A DNA stretch of 32,000 bases, taken from positions 21,891 through 53,890 of the forward strand of contig JAZLJF010000009.1 in the NCBI GenBank assembly GCA_045597305.1. The letters are read 5' to 3'. Below are positions 31,814 through 32,000 of this stretch, one piece after another (the stretch's first letter is position 1; each line of letters begins with the position of its first letter). This DNA is from Candidatus Nanosyncoccus sp. (GTDB taxonomy: Bacteria > Patescibacteriota > Saccharimonadia > Saccharimonadales > Saccharimonadaceae). A program made the position numbers and the translations under genes. The notes below the pieces were generated by a model. That model was not told the DNA's origin, searched no databases, and saw nothing but the letters and a program-made list of their open reading frames with translations.

Positions 31814-32000
31814 ATGACTACTAAAGTTATTCACGAAGCAAACCTTGCAGAGGTGAATGATCTCGGTGAGAATAGTGCCGAATTTGTTATCCGTCCATTG
31901 TATTATGGCTACGGTAATACACTTGGTAACTCTCTCCGACGTGTTCTCCTTTCAAGTATCAAAGGTGCTGCGATTACATCATTTAGCATCGAAGGTACAA
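31814..32000 (+). CDS. rpoA: DNA-directed RNA polymerase alpha subunit, N-terminal fragment (continues past the window)
   Basis: AGGAGG SD, ATG 31814. Translates to [56 protein letters not shown]. Confidence 0.9.
   Translation, partial: MTTKVIHEANLAEVNDLGENSAEFVIRPLYYGYGNTLGNSLRRVLLSSIKGAAITSFSIEGT

Noticed and set aside
1-32000. Search for CRISPR arrays, IS or transposase genes, integrases, tRNA/rRNA genes and long direct repeats
   Set aside because: I found none by reading the intergenic regions and the ORF list. No tRNA-like T-arm (GGTTCGAATCC-type) sequences appear in the spacers, no tandem repeat-spacer pattern is present, and no ORF has transposase or integrase motifs.

Overview
This is an AT-rich bacterial core-genome window (GC not computed) in which every protein gene I can support lies on the + strand. 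Gene order: the 3' end of dnaE, a SpoU/TrmH methyltransferase, a Y-family polymerase with a small partner ORF, leuS, rpmF-nusB-Nudix-rnc, an orphan 2-gene cassette, rpsP-khpA, an orphan 1-gene cassette with a convergent minus-strand sRNA candidate, and rpoB-rpoC. rpoC is followed directly by the S10/spc/alpha ribosomal cluster: rplC-rplD-rplW-rplB-rpsS-rplV-rpsC-rplP-rpsQ-rplN-rplX-rplE-rpsN-rpsH | rplF-rplR-rpsE-rplO | secY-sortase-infA-rpmJ-rpsM-rpsK-rpsD-rpoA(5'). The standard genetic code applies, since TGA, TAA and TAG are all used as stops. L30 is absent, the gene set is compact, and many core proteins carry low-complexity tails. From this I infer a Patescibacteria/CPR-like, possibly Saccharibacteria-like, organism; this is inference, not a database result. 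The most interesting items are as follows. (1) Two self-contained orphan cassettes (8068-9336 and 10341-10900) carry the strongest sigma70-like promoters in the window, hairpin leaders and their own terminators, and they flank rpsP-khpA. (2) A promoter-plus-terminator-delimited ~118-nt RNA on the otherwise empty minus strand sits upstream of rpoB. (3) The RpoC protein has all eight canonical zinc-ligand cysteines replaced in ungapped alignment, and Cys-less L36, L32 and S14 occur alongside it. (4) A membrane-anchored sortase is translationally linked to secY in the slot normally held by adk/map. (5) rpmC, rpmD, rpsJ and the str/tuf genes are missing from their canonical positions. No rRNA, tRNA, CRISPR array, transposase or integrase was seen.
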